From Amoebidium appalachense (Eukaryota > Protista > Ichthyosporea): a stretch of DNA of 64,000 bases. Below, piece by piece: positions 38,201 to 62,065 of this stretch. Under the pieces are notes generated by a model, which saw only the letters and a program-made list of their open reading frames with translations, did not search any database and was not told the DNA's origin. Positions within the stretch are counted from its first letter, which is position 1; each line of letters opens with the position of its first letter. A program made the translations under genes and the position numbers. The DNA lies in contig CAVNZM010000015.1 in the NCBI GenBank assembly GCA_963693365.1, positions 4,471,502-4,535,501 on the forward strand, written 5' to 3'.

Positions 38201-40733
38201 ACTGTGTATTCGCGGGGGCTTGGTGCCCCGGTATTAAACGACAGAAGTATTCCCTCCGGGTGGTCCCGGAGGTATGGGTAGTCCGTGTGGCTTACGGGGA
38301 TGGGCATGGTGATGAAGTGGTGCCCTGTGACCCTACACTTATTCACCTCTGGGGCTCTGCCGGCTCTACCCTCCCGGGTGGCCCCCTCCCCGGGGGGGCC
38401 AAGGCCGGAGTACGTGAGTGCCTGGCGGAGTGCCTGGACGTGTACATAGTCCCGCCACTCAATCACGGTGGCGAAGAAAGAGTCGTCAGGTGGGTCTAGA
38501 CTACTCAAGCCCACCAACACGATAATACCCGGTGCGAAAAGGGGTTTCCGTTGGCATTTATATGCGGGGTGGCCCAGTTCCCCACAGTTACCGCAGTTTC
38601 GGCGGCGTTGCAGGCATGTGGCGATGGGGTTACTGGGGTTTCCGTGTACGTGTAACGGCCGGTTACAGTACGGACAGCTGGTGCGGTTTTTGGGGCACTC
38701 ATCCGGTTCGTGCCCCACCTCCCGACAGGTTAGGCACTGAACAAACGGGCACTCTGTGTCTGTTAGTTTGTGGGATTGCTCCCAACACAACCCACGGCAC
38801 ATGTGAGACTGTGGGATGGGGATTAGCAACAGAACTGCCTCTGACTCCTCCCCCCCCCCCTCCTGTGTCGGAAAGGGTCGGGCCTGGGGCCACTCGGGAG
38901 GGGTGTCCACCACACGGGGGGTGGGGTTGGTGTTCTCATAGAGGCGATGATCGTACCCCTCGAGATGGGGGGGGGCGTGTGTCCTCGTTTAAGCCGGGTG
39001 TGGTGATAGCCCAGGCCCGGTGCCTGTGCATTGCAGGGGCCGCCGTCATGTATGTTTCCTCCACTAGAGAGGTCCGGTTGACCCTAAAGTGTTCTCGGAG
39101 ATTTATTATGCGTTTCCTATGGTGTTCGTCGTCCGGAAAAACCACCTCATAATTACCCTCATACGCCCAGTGCTCCTTGGCGATACGGAAGTTGGGGTTT
39201 GGGGGGAGCCAGGTTACGGTCACTGGGTGAAGGTCTATGGCATATAGCACGGTTGCCACGTCACTTGCTCGTCCTATCCTCGGAAAATTGCACGTTTCTA
39301 CCGTTCTATTCGGGATTAGGACCATGTACCGTGTGGGGTTCGGGCGGATGGAGGGGTGGGGTGGGGGGGCAGGTAAAATGCCCTCCCCCACCAGTGCTGT
39401 GACTAGTGCCTCCCACTCTGCTTCTGTGCCTACCATGATCTCTATGCCCCGTTGGTTTCGGTTGTGCACCAGGTACCTGTTTGCTAGGTTCTGGGTGCTG
39501 ACGAAGTCATACACCCGAGCCAACCAGCCCGCTTCAGAGTGTCCGTCGTCTGCTGGCAGGGGACACAGTATGGAAAGGGTGGGGGCGTTAGTTTTACCTG
39601 GTATGGCATAGTCCGTCCTGCGTGAGGTAGACCTCTCCATCTCCTCTGTTTCCTCCTTTCCTCTTTTGCCCGACAAGCGCTCGTTTCCTCCAGAGCCCGG
39701 GGGATGATGAGGGTTCGCTCCCACCCCCATGCTTTCCCCCATCGGTTGTGTGGTTTCTACCGACTCGGTTGCCCTATCCGTGTGATTGGGTGTGGGTGGG
39801 TTTAAGGTGGATATTGCAGTGAGGGACGTGTCCCCGTCTAGCTCCATGTGGTTTTCCATGGTAGGGGTGGGTGCAGCTATGTTTTGGGTAGCGTTTATTT
39901 GCTAGATGGTTGTTGACTTTGTGTGTGCGAAAAGGGTGAGTGCAGGATGCTGGTATCTGTGGATACGGCTACTCTGTGCGCGTTCTACTCTGCTACTGTG
40001 TGTGTGAATTCTGTGCCGTTAATGTTTTTCCCCCCAGACAAAGGTCACTACCACTGAAAGAGGAAACGTTGGTTTTGTGTCAAGTGCAGGGGAAAAAAAG
40101 GGGGGGGCTCCTTTCCGGCGCGTAACTCCCGTGCCCGCCGGCCTACGGGGACGGCTTTTAGTGTCCCCTGTAGCTAACGTGTACCTCTATCCGCTTGAGT
40201 TTTTCTGGGCCCGGCTGTTAGGTGTGCTAGGAGTTCTCCGTTGGACTAGAGGAGCTAGAAAACACGTTTTCACGTGTTTCCGACCAGTTTTCGTGGCGAC
40301 CTGTACTACTTAAATTTTAACCTGACAAAAATGCGCGGAATGTCTACTCTGATTGGTCATCTCTATGGGTTCTGGTGCGGTCTAATGTGCCTATTGGTTG
40401 ACTTAATGCGGAATTTGCAGAATCATGCAGCCTAATCACCGATTACATGTGGTTTTGATGTGATCGGGAGCCGGACATGGTGCGACTGACTCGGAGGTTA
40501 CGCCTAAGTACATTTGCAGAGGCTGCTCGAAAGTCAGCATTCAGCGTGTTGCGGATCTCCGTCGGCGGGCGGGAGGGGGGGGTTATTTAACAGTTACTGT
40601 ATGTTTTCTAATACATAGTTCACAATAGTTAGTTTGTTTGTTTACTTATCTTCTAAGTGTATTTCATTCAGCGGGTTGCGGGTTCCCGTCGGCTGCTGGG
40701 CGGGTGGGCGCCCGGCGGCGGCGGCGGCGGCGG

Positions 40734-40778
<45 letters not shown>

Positions 40779-41138
40779 GGGGGGAGGGGGGGGGGGGGGG
40801 GGGGGTAACATAATTGAGACGGCCTCTGGGAGCCTATTTTAAGGGACTAGTAAAAAATTAACATAATGACCTCGACCCTCGCCGGCGCAGTATGTTACGC
40901 ACGGACGGGCACTGTACTTGATGGGCACAGTAGCATTTTATGCGCACCTATGTGTAGAAGCAGTGTTGCTGAAACTATGATGCTCACGCGGCATTGACTA
41001 TTGACTCATAAAAGTTGATTCAGAAGTTTAAAGACGTCACTCAGTGTGCCAGTGTCAGGTATGCAGAGTACCTCAGTGTGGGTATGTGTCTGTCTGTGGT
41101 GTGTTGTGTGTGTGTGCATGTGGTCACGGTTAATGTGC

Positions 41139-41181
<43 letters not shown>

Positions 41182-41459
41182 ATTTTACTATACTAAAGTA
41201 CGTTAGCCTAACACATGCAAGGTCAATGCCATTCAGTCTACAGCTCAACCGGCGGCGCCACATGATCATCTGATGGACAACAAACACACGACACATGCAA
41301 GTTAGCAATGACTTACCGTTGTCTATGTGCTGCCAGTGCACGGGGGTCCTCGGCCGTTGAATCTGCCTCACATGTCCCAGGATTATTTTCTGTGCCATTT
41401 GCACTAACAGGTGAACTAACAGGTGAACTCGACATGCTTCGAAAGTCGTTTGACGACAT
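23280..41459 (-). CDS. bZIP-like transcription factor; exons 41459-41317, 24589-24476, 24108-23280
   Basis: Junctions CG|gtaagt...ttttcag|G and AA|gtgagt...aaacag|A join in phase. They give AHRQRRARKQRGYRQRVKARRGSEEAERTWLKSENQRLTLMNKSMKQDLVELKKRVAEMEATNQL (basic region plus heptads), followed by an S/T/Q-rich tail. The 5' and 3' ends are less certain. Confidence 0.8.
25835..37536 (-). CDS. LINE ORF2: APE, Gln/Pro repeat linker, RT, RNase H, CCHC-type finger (interrupted as assembled)
   Basis: APE: GTLNLAG, ILTET, AGDFNE, SRIDYVY, TDH. RT: KAPGP, QQDIKRAYDTV, GLAQGAVLSPILW, AFADD, RVLGV. RNase H: VYTDGS, SSTQAEL, LDN, WVKGH, NNEADKAA. Finger: CPRC...ETTTHLWAC. Several frameshifts, mostly at G/C homopolymers, and one stop at 33472. 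Confidence 0.9.
30560..35850 (-). repeat. Coding tandem repeat array, ~213-219 bp unit, roughly 24 units, with an 852-bp higher-order period
   Basis: Unit translates as SPGRPAQHGPPSRQHQQEPPSQQQQPQAAAPAGSPHRQPQQGPPSLQALPGPPSQQQPTTPTLQQLPAAADC. Near-identical ORF-track entries recur at 32346, 33198 and 34050 (spacing 852). Confidence 0.95.
37536..39859 (-). CDS. LINE ORF1, gag-like zinc-knuckle protein (frameshifted as assembled)
   Basis: CCHC knuckles CLTCREVGHEPDEC and CGNCGELGHPAYKC plus further Cys/His motifs, and a C-terminal coiled-coil-like stretch (LTARVNRLELQL). Pieces at 38936-39859, 37846-38913 and a tail to TAA at 37536-37538. Confidence 0.85.
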
Positions 41460-41460
41460 A

Positions 41461-42507
41461 CTATCGGCATAGTTTCCACGTGTGTTGTCTTTGTACTTCA
41501 CACTCACGGGTTAGACCAACACCCTCCCCCCCTGCCTGCACATTCTCACACCCGGGGTGACCCTCCTTCCTCTTGGGGGTCGGGGGAGTGGGACCGGTGC
41601 TGTCCCGGTCCCCCCCCCCATCGTGTCGGGTGACATTTTGGTGGCTAACGTTAAATAAAGTTGTTCCCCCTCCTCCTGAGTCACCCTTCGAGCCTGCATC
41701 CTCCTTTTGGGTAATAAGAGAGACCTCTATACTACCAATCTCATTAGTGAAACTACCGACGGAAACACCTGACCTAATCACTATAGGCTCGATGCCCGGA
41801 TTCACTAATTCTATTTCTATTGTCTTATCCGGCCATACCCTACTAAGGGTCCATTGGGCCACCTCCTGAAATGGGGTTTTCGGAGTAAAAACCCCTAAAT
41901 CCCCTATCCTAACATGATTGCCGGCCCGGACACGTACCGTTTGGCACTGGTAAGGCTCGATTACTACTTCAGCTACCGTTCTAGCACCAGACTGATAACC
42001 GTCGAGCCCATCATGGGTTTTAATTTTAACGCCGGACTGCAATTCTAAAACATTCGTACGTTCAAACAAAGCATTCACATGTCTACGGAAAAATGGGGCT
42101 CCCAACAAAACACTTTGAGCTAAATCCTTAACCACATAACAAGCAATATGCATAGCCTGGCCACCTATCTCACACGGCAACACACAAACACCTTCCACAG
42201 ACATACTACTATTATTAGCACTACCTAAGGCTGTGCTAGAAGCATCTAAAATAGGAATTTCCCCCCCGGCCTGATTAAAACGACGAATAAAGGAAGCATG
42301 CACACAATTAACCTGAGCCCCTCCATCGAGCAAAGCAACAGCCTTCAACTTACCATCAAATAACCATACGTCTATATAATGCCGGCTAAACCCAACTAAA
42401 TCCTCCTCCAATTCAAGCAACACATCATCACTCACACCCAGACCCTGCCCACGAAGACTCACACCCTCGATACCTACGTGCAACATACCTACCTGTGGTG
42501 CCTGCAC
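41461..42507 (-). pseudogene. Retropepsin-like aspartic protease plus dUTPase-like segment
   Basis: AVALLDGGAQVNCV active-site-like motif and VLLGAPF, then VVIEPYQCQTVRV...IELVNPGIEPIVIRSGVSVG, as seen after the protease in Ty3/gypsy pol. Confidence 0.75.
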
Positions 42508-43829
42508 GGGTGGGTTGGGGTGTGTATGTGGTGTGGGTGGTGGTGGAGTGTGTGTGTGTGATGTGTGGGTGGGTGGTGTGTGTGTGTTTGGTGTATGTGT
42601 GGGTGTGTGTGTGGGTGTAGGTGTGTCTGCAACGTCGTATGTTGTTGTGGTGGTGTGTTTCTACGTGTCTGTGCCTTCCCCCCCCTTCCCCCTTTACTCG
42701 TGTGTGTCCCCCCCCCTCCCGGAAACAATGGCACAGAAACCCCCTCCGGTGTGGTTAGAACAAACACCGGGTTGGGACAAGAAACACTGAGACCATCCAC
42801 TTGTGGCTGGGGAACCTCCCCCAACCACAAAACATTCACACCATTCATACCTTTGGTAGAGTCACCCCACAAACATTCATGCCATACCACCTCGACGCTG
42901 TCTTGAGGACCCACGACGATGCCCCTCGTCGAACTGCTGCTGCTGTCCGCTATGTCCACCACGCCCACGACCGCTGGTGTTTGAGTGTAAACTAAAAGCT
43001 GTTGTGTTTCTGGCGTCTATAGCTAGTGTGTGAACCTGTGGTATCTGTGTGTGCAGGGAGCTATCCTCCGCTGCCAACGCGTAGAACATATCTACGTGAA
43101 ACTTAGCCATGGTGTTGTGTGTGCCCTAGTTGAGAGGTTGTGTGTATGTTTGTGTTTTTGAGGTGTAGCAACAGCCCAGAAGGAACTGTCACCGCGTTAC
43201 CCTAGCGCGAAAAACCGCACTAAAAGAAAGGTGTAGCTTGTCGTATCCTATTATATGTGTACTAGAGACGCGGCACTCTACTAAGTGTACACACACGAAA
43301 AGGAACGAACGTGTACAGAAAAACGGTAAAGTTTATTAAGACCAGGCTCCGACGGGCAAACTTAGATCCGTACGGATTGAGTCTAAGTTACGACTGAGGC
43401 CATCAAGGCCGTGCCCTACAAGATCATCATCACCTGGCCCCCTACGATGCCACATTCCGTACATTCCGATCTAACTTTATCGTGCGCCTGCACGAGCTAA
43501 GTCGATCGGCTCACACAAATATATTTATCTAAGTCTCACCCCTCTCCCTTCCCCTAGTGGCACCGCAGAGTCTAATTCTACATTTCATACTATCTCCCTC
43601 CCCCCTCCCTCCCCCCTTTCCTCTGTCATCGAAATATATAAATACGTTTGGCAGCATACACTATCAAAACTTGCCAATATTTACAAAGGGCTTCTGCCCG
43701 AACAATCACATTCCTAAGTCCTCCTACGATCTATCCTACACACTAATTAGAATTCTATTGGTCGGCTGTCCCAGCTGACGTGGTCCTGCCCTGCGCCGGC
43801 AGAGGCAAGATGATGCACGCAGCTGCACA
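41500..43829 (-). mobile_element. Truncated LTR-retroelement fragment (putative LTR, decayed gag, protease, dUTPase-like region)
   Basis: Protease ORF downstream of a stop-containing gag-like stretch. Candidate LTR 43829-43187 (TG...GTGACA on -) contains CCAAT, TATA-like and AATAAA motifs. No RT or integrase, and boundaries are uncertain. Confidence 0.6.
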
Positions 43830-44944
43830 GCTATCTTGAGGCCCCGGACTTGATCTTGATGATCTGTGGACGTGGGCCACCCCCCCCCCCCCCCCCCCCC
43901 CCCGATCTCGATCGTAGACTTGGGCTAATCTGCTGAGACGGATTAGTATATGTCAAATTGGAATCATCGCAGGCGGGCATGTGTGTGTTTTTGAGTACGG
44001 CTGCAGTAAGCTCGAAGCCGTGTGCATAGAGAGTGGTGGTCATGGTTGTATCAGATTATGTGACTTAGTGAGTTGGAAAAAAAACATTGGTATAAAGCTT
44101 CACGTTTTCGTTTCTACACGTACACGCGGTGAATTTGACTAGGAGATCCGATATCACTACGAAGTTCTCGAAGAGGATATTTGCACAGTCAGTGAGTTCG
44201 AACATGTGTCGGAAGACCTTGATTGGAATATTTTTTCATTATAAGAATCCAGGGGCTCGACTTCAAGTCGGGACTTCTCGAGAAGTGGCGTTTTGATTGT
44301 TGATGCTTTGTGTTGCATATCACTGGAGTGTACCGTAACAAGTGTTCTTCGTGGACTTCAAGTTGAAGACTGACTCAGTCTGATCCTGGCATACGTTTTA
44401 TCACAACACGAGTGTGTGCCTCGCCTGTGCAGGGGAATTTTTGCGAGGCCTGTGGCATATGCGGGGCCGTGAGCCTATCAGTCCACATGATTGATCTCGA
44501 CAATAAGACCATCAACACTATTAGTTCGAACATTGGGACAGTGTATTATACACTCAGGCTGCTGAAAAAACACTCAGCTGCAAGGTGAATTCTTTTTTCG
44601 TAAATATATACTATCCTACTGGTATCGCAAACCAGCGATATACTCGCGCGTTGTTGGCTATAGATGTATTCAAAATTTAAGATGATTTCCCATGGCTTTT
44701 ATTTTTGTATTTGTTAGTAGGGCCACAAAAATGTCCCTAAAATCCCGGAAAGCAATCATTTTCTGACGGAAATAATGATCATCTAAGTTTCTTTGTACTT
44801 GGTATGATTTAGGTACATTTAGGCCCATGGGCCATACTATAATATGAGCTGGACGGGGCGAGTGCTATAAAGTTTTAATAAAGCACAAAAAAAAGTAGGA
44901 AAATTACTAGCGGGATAAGAGGGAAAAACCACAAAAAAAAACCA

Positions 44945-44989
<45 letters not shown>

Positions 44990-45329
44990 CATACATAGTA
45001 CGACGATGACCCCATGGCCTCATGATCATGATGTTATTTCTAATAACTCTCCTAAACTGTTTTGTCCCCGGACAGTATAGCGGTATGGACCCCCTCATAG
45101 CAACTATTAGATAGGATGCTAACATGTGTGCAGTGTGCAGTGCTGTGCACTGTGTTAGTGGTCGATCATCGTCGATGTTACATGTATGATGCGATACGGT
45201 GCATGCGAATGCGAGCTAATAGATCATGCCGATGCACATGGCCCATATCGATAGGTGTCACAGAACTACACTTTTTTGCCCAAATAATAGCATAGTATTA
45301 CATATCAATTAAACCCTCAAAAATGTATC

Positions 45330-45720
45330 TTTTCAAGGTTTGATAGATGTTGTACTTGCAAATTGCTCAGTACATCTGGACACATGGCTTTAGCAGCGAT
45401 AAAGTCAGGAATAAACTCGCATTCGATTCGCACCGCAGGAATTACATGGCATTCCAGGGGAACCAATAGGAACCTGCCATGTCTGGGAATGCCAATTAAT
45501 CTTACAGACCATGTGATCGCATTCCACATAGATAGAGCAAGATCCGCGTCCGGACCTAATAAATTAATAGGAAACTTGTACAATAATGTTTCCTGCTGAA
45601 TGCGTATATAAACTTCTAAAAAAGCTATAGGTTTGTGGCTACGTACATCCGAAATGGAATCCTTTTGAATGTGTTACAAGTAATACACCAAGCTTGGTTT
45701 GGCCGCAAGTGCTACACACA
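45330..45720 (+). pseudogene. Possible decayed non-LTR RT C-terminal fragment
   Basis: KSGI...LPCLGMPI...HIDRARSA resembles the KCGV...YKYLGVP...RVELAR segment of the RT at 5031-8099. Stops are present. Confidence 0.3.
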
Positions 45721-45973
45721 AACTTTCGTTCTTCGGCATGGCTTTGGTGCGTTGGGAACTTGGGATGTCGCTGGTATGTCAGTTATGTCAGTTTTATTCA
45801 TGGCGGGCCAGAAAACAAAATAGGTTGTAGGTATCATGTATGCACATAATGGCTATAGGTAAATACACACGTATTCGCCTAGACACTGCTGCAGCAGTAT
45901 TTTTCAAGGTCATACCGAAGTGTCAAGGCTGACGCTTGAATCTTGAACAGCGCTGATATGATCGTGCACGGGG

Positions 45974-46012
<39 letters not shown>

Positions 46013-46577
46013 CGGCTCTGGAAGTTCGCGGAATGTTCGGTCTGGGTCATGATGGCATTGCTCAAGTTGCCAGCTATCATAACTGGTTACTTTTTTTTAT
46101 TGTTTTTTAAAGTATTGAAACTTGCCCTTATAAATGTAATGCATATAAACGTGTGTATTTTAAACTACTTCTTTTGATAGCAACTCAGAAGGCGCTGATT
46201 ATATCATTATTGCACCCATATTATGCTTGCGCCTGCTCAACTTGACAGACTTAAGCTTGAGGCTCAAAACAACATTCAATCGATCTTATTGTATTCAAGA
46301 CTAATGAAAACCCTCCAATATAGAGTGTACCGATAGTCTTACATCAGATACCCTTAAACTTGTGCCATATTGTATTCAGGGATCACGACTACTATAGTCA
46401 CTTTGAGTGCTGTCTCCCTGTGGCTCTCTACTTGTTATGGCATACCTTGTATGTTGCCGCAGGCGACAGTCACTAGACAAAGTTGGATCGCGCGTAATCG
46501 GATCTGGTTTTACGAGCAATGGTTGGTTAAAGATCACGCTAATTACTCATTATGAAATGAGGTTTGAAAGGCTTTTG

Positions 46578-46778
46578 TGTGACGTAGAATACCGACCACC
46601 CCTAGCAACTCTATATGTGAAGAACCCCCCCGAAACGTAGAGCCCCCCCGTCACAATAAAGACGGCAGGATAAAAGGGGGGGCCGGAGCCAGGAGCTCTT
46701 CTTCTTTTTCCTTCACACAAACACAAACCAAACTCGTGTCCCCGGTGTCGAGGCCATCCCGTTCATTACGTTGTTACA
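46578..46778 (+). mobile_element. Solo LTR (201 bp)
   Basis: TGTGAC...GTTACA termini, a 4-bp TSD tttg on both sides (46574-46577, 46779-46782), and internal aataaa/gataaaa motifs. Confidence 0.75.
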
Positions 46779-49032
46779 TTTGGCGGGAATACCAGATATG
46801 ATTGGGTTTGGAATCCGATGTCCCGATCTCTGAGCGAAGCAAAAATGCCCAACAGTGAACAAGGCGGCCCTTTTCTCAGTCTACGTACGTACATATGAGG
46901 CAACAACGTTGGAAACGCGAATATAGCGCAATAAGCAGCTGGCTTTATTGTGCGCGGCTTGCTTGTGCTTCCACGCGAATTCAATGTTCCTTTCCGCGGC
47001 CTCTTCACTTCTTATTCATATGACATGTTTCAACTTCTCAAATGCACAACTTGAATCACATGGTGACTGACCGACTTCAGTCTAACACGTACTGACGCAC
47101 GTGCGACGTTATACATCTACTCAGGCGGCTTAAGTAAAAAAAAAAAAAAAAAGAAAAAAAAAAAGAAAGGAGACACCGCCTCAGTAGGTGGTAGAACTTC
47201 AGTGTATCCAGCCAAGAATCTTAGGGGATGCAAGCAAATGCCGTGCAGATCATGGCAAAACACGTTAGTTAGATTTTAATCCTGTGCACATATTTGATAC
47301 GAAAGATGGAACAAAGAGATGTGAGTGCCGTGCTCGCCGTACGCGTCACCTTGACCTTGTTTGTGCCAAAAAAAAAAAAAAAAAGTACTCTTAAAATCAT
47401 GTGCACACCTGAAATCTCCATCCAGATCTATATATAGCGTACACAACACCTCCCTCCCCTCCCCCCTCCCCCTCCCCCCCCCCCCCCCCCCCCTCCCCCC
47501 CCCCCCCCCACCACACACACACACCACATTCACCAAAATACAAATGCACACACACACACTCCATCGATCCACCCAGCAAGACGATGCAATGGCCGTATCA
47601 TCGCGTAAGCGATAAAGGCCGTCGACGGCTCTGCACGCGGGGTAGCTGTCGAGGGATCTGGACGAGGAAGGGAGAGGGAGGTGCGGGAGGCGCAGGAGGG
47701 GGAGGGGGAGGGAGGAGGGGGGGGGGGGGGGGGGGGGGGGGTTGTTGCAAGCACCAAGCATGGTACCGGTGACACAGCATGCACACGGTCTGTGTAGAGG
47801 GGGGAACCCTAGGGGGGGGGGGGGGGGGGGCAGCGCATGCCAGCATGGATCTCTCATTTCTCTCGTATGCGCACGCACCAGGCTATATCATGATTTATCC
47901 GTTTCCCGCTAACAGCACCATCCGAATGGCTTATTTACAAAATGTTACAAATTCGAAGCCAAGCAATTTGCTCGTGAAGCATCATTGCCTATTATATGGC
48001 TGCCAATATCATTCGCCCGCCTTGTGTGAGCAATGGCTCTGGGCTTATCCCCGACCAATTCATTCATGCTTATACACTGCAATGACCTAGTCACACAGAG
48101 CGCACCCACTTGCGGCATTCTCTTACTATGATACAACTATATCTATCTACAAATATGCAAAGACATTTGCTTGCTTACATATATTTACAATACGATACCT
48201 TCCGGCGGTTGCATACATGCTGCCCAGGCAAGAACTCGGTGTGACTTGGCTGGAGCCCATGTGTTGTTGCTAGTTGATTGTGCGTTGGTCCTGCACATAA
48301 GATGCCCGATTTAGTTATCTGGAGGAAGGTGCGTGCTTTGTAGGGGCCGGTGTGTGTGCATATGATTTTGTGTGTAAGCATGCATGTGCGCATGTACCTG
48401 TGTGCCTGTGTGTGCGCGCTCGTGTGCAACAATGTGTGTGTGTGTGTGTGTGCAGGTGTGTGCCAGCGTGTGTGTGTGCGCGGGGCGTGTGTGGGTATGT
48501 GTGTGTGTGTGCGTGTGGGTGGGTGGTTGGGAATCGAGTTGGTGGGTAGGTGAGGGGGTGGATGGAGGCAGTAGGGGATAGATATTACAATAAAGTGTTC
48601 AGATGGGTGGGTGTGGGGGGGGGAGGGGGGAGGGGGGGGGGGGGGGGGAGGGTTAGAAGAGTGTCTCGTTAAGTGAGCGGGGTGCGTGTCGTGTGTGTGT
48701 GTGTGTGTTGGAGGGAGGGGGGCGGGGGCGGGGGAGGGAGAGGAGGGGGGGTTCATAGTTAACACGGGCTTTATTGCAAAGAAGTAGAAGGGGGGGGGGG
48801 GAGGGGGGAGGGGGGGGGGGGGGGGGGAATAGACGTGAAAGATTGGGTAGGGAATCATGGTTGGGTGGTTGGGTTGGGGAACGGGTTGGTGGGTAGCTGT
48901 GGAAGTTAGGTGGTGGTGGTGTGTGTGTATTTTCTCTTTGGGGAGGGAGGGGAGGGGGGGGGGGGGGGAAGGGGGGGGACAGAAGAGTGTCTCGATGGGT
49001 GGGTGGGTGTGGGGGTGTGGGGTGTGTGTGTG

Positions 49033-49086
<54 letters not shown>

Positions 49087-49239
49087 CCGGAGAAGGAAAC
49101 CGGGATGGAATGGGGTGGGGGTGGGGGTGGGGGAAATTGGGTGGGGAAATGGGACACCCGTGTGTAGGTCGGTGGATGGATGGGGAGGGGGGGCGGTTGA
49201 AACGGGGTGGGATATTGGGTGGGTGGATGGGGATTCTAT

Positions 49240-49405
49240 TGGGTTACAGAGTAAGAAGTACACATTCACAACCGACAACACAATGCAGATTGGAAACCAC
49301 ACAGACAGAGTATTTAAACTAAGCAGATCCCATCCTCAGGAAGGGCCCAAGTCACACACAGTACCCCGGAGTTTCGACCAATCCACCCCCGTGCACGTGG
49401 GGTAC
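49240..49405 (-). repeat. Structured repeat family, copy A
   Basis: On -: ggtcgaaactccggggtactgtgtgtgacttgggcccttcctgaggatgggatctgctta, homologous to 60085-60180 and 63688-63780. Confidence 0.8.
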
Positions 49406-50614
49406 AACATGGGGTGGGGGATTGTGTGTGTAGGTGGTTGGGGGAACGGGTGGCTAGGTGTGCATATGGGTGGGGCGGGGCGGGCGGGGGGGGGGGGGGG
49501 GGGGGGAGGGAAGGGGAGAGAGGGGGGTGGGGGGTGGGGGGGTAGACTTGGGTGGGAGAACGGGTGGGTGGGTGGTGGAGGGACCGGGTTGATGGGTTGT
49601 AGGTGGGTGGTTGAGTGGAGGGTGGAGGGGTGTGTGCATGTGTGTGTGTGTGTGTGTGTTTGTGCGTGTGTGTAAGTGTGTGAGAGGGTGTGTGCGTGTC
49701 TGTGTGTGTGGCGGGGGGGGGAGGGGGGGAGGGTGTTTCGATGGTGGGTGGGTAGGTGGGTGGGTGGGGGGCCGGAGGGGGGGGGGGGGGGGGGGGGTTG
49801 ACGGTGGGGGAATGGGTGGGAGGGTGTGGGAATCGCTTGGTGGTTGAGAGCATGGGTTAGGTGGACCAAAGGAGTATACTTTGGAAGGTGGAATATGTGG
49901 TCGGGTGGGGAAGTAGCTTGGGTTGTGAGTGTGGGGCGGGTGGACGGGCGGGTGGGAAGGGGGGTCAAAAGGGGAAGAATGGTGGGGAAAGGGTGGGTTG
50001 ATGGTTAGGGGTTGCGAAGTGTTTCAACGGTTTTTAGCATCTCCTAAACTTATAATGGTTAAGAGCTGATGCGGTTGGGGCGTGAATGAGGGGGGGGGGG
50101 GAAGGTATGTGTGTTTGTGTATGGGGTGGGGACAGGGCAAGGAGGGGGATCATTTACTTTGCCTCTGGCTAGCGTCGCTCAGAGGCCATCGAAGTAAGCC
50201 ATCCAAGCAACTTGGATGGCCTCATCCAAGCAACTTGGATGGCCTGCCTCCGTCAGTGTGCTGATGTGCTGATGCACTCAAGTAAACACCTAAGGGACAG
50301 CCAGATTTAGGAACCCAAGTTTAAATTTACAACACAGCAGGGTAGTGGTAGGGCGGGGGCAGTAGTGGTTGGCGTCATTTTTGCGTGTTAATAGTGTGTG
50401 TGTGTGTCCGGTGGTGGTGGTTGTGATCGAGAGGGGGGTGAGGGGGTTGGGGGGGGGGGGTGGGGGGGGTGGGGGGAGGAGGGAGGGGGCCGGGAGGGGA
50501 AGGGGTACTGGGACGGCAGCAGTGGTAGTTGTGTGTGTGTGTGTATGTGTGTGTGTGTGTGTGTGGTGGTGGTGGTGATGATCGGCATCACACATCTCTT
50601 CCTGTAGAAGCGAC

Positions 50615-50621
50615 TATAAAA
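50615..50621 (+). promoter_or_regulatory. Candidate TATA box for the CHD1-like gene
   Basis: TATAAAA inside cgact-ataaa-agtcg, about 115 bp before the proposed first-exon ATG at 50731. Confidence 0.4.
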
Positions 50622-50730
50622 GTCGTGTTTTTCGCTTCTCTCAAACAGTCTTTTCCTCGCCGCTTCTCTTAGGACCCACCCACCCGCCCGCATTCTGTTT
50701 CCTCGCCGTTTGCCTGCTGTTCTCAGCTTT

Positions 50731-62065
<11,335 letters not shown>

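Larger units (their letters stand above)
25525..40486 (-). mobile_element. Full-length ~15 kb LINE (gag-like ORF1; ORF2 APE-repeat-RT-RNase H-Zn finger)
   Basis: 16-bp TSD tgactcggaggttacg at 25509-25524 and 40487-40502, A-rich 3' tail, and all LINE domains in order. Confidence 0.95.
24656..40914. mobile_element. Non-autonomous Tc1/mariner-type TIR DNA transposon (~1.3 kb without the nested LINE)
   Basis: 31-bp TIRs: cagtgcccgtccgcgcgtaacatactccgcc at 24656-24686 and its reverse complement with 2 mismatches at 40884-40914. TA on both sides (24654-24655, 40915-40916). No intact transposase. Confidence 0.88.

Noticed and set aside
40200-40486. HDV-like ribozyme at the LINE 5' end
   Set aside because: No nested pseudoknot identifiable by eye. 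The region looks more like an internal promoter with CCAAT boxes.
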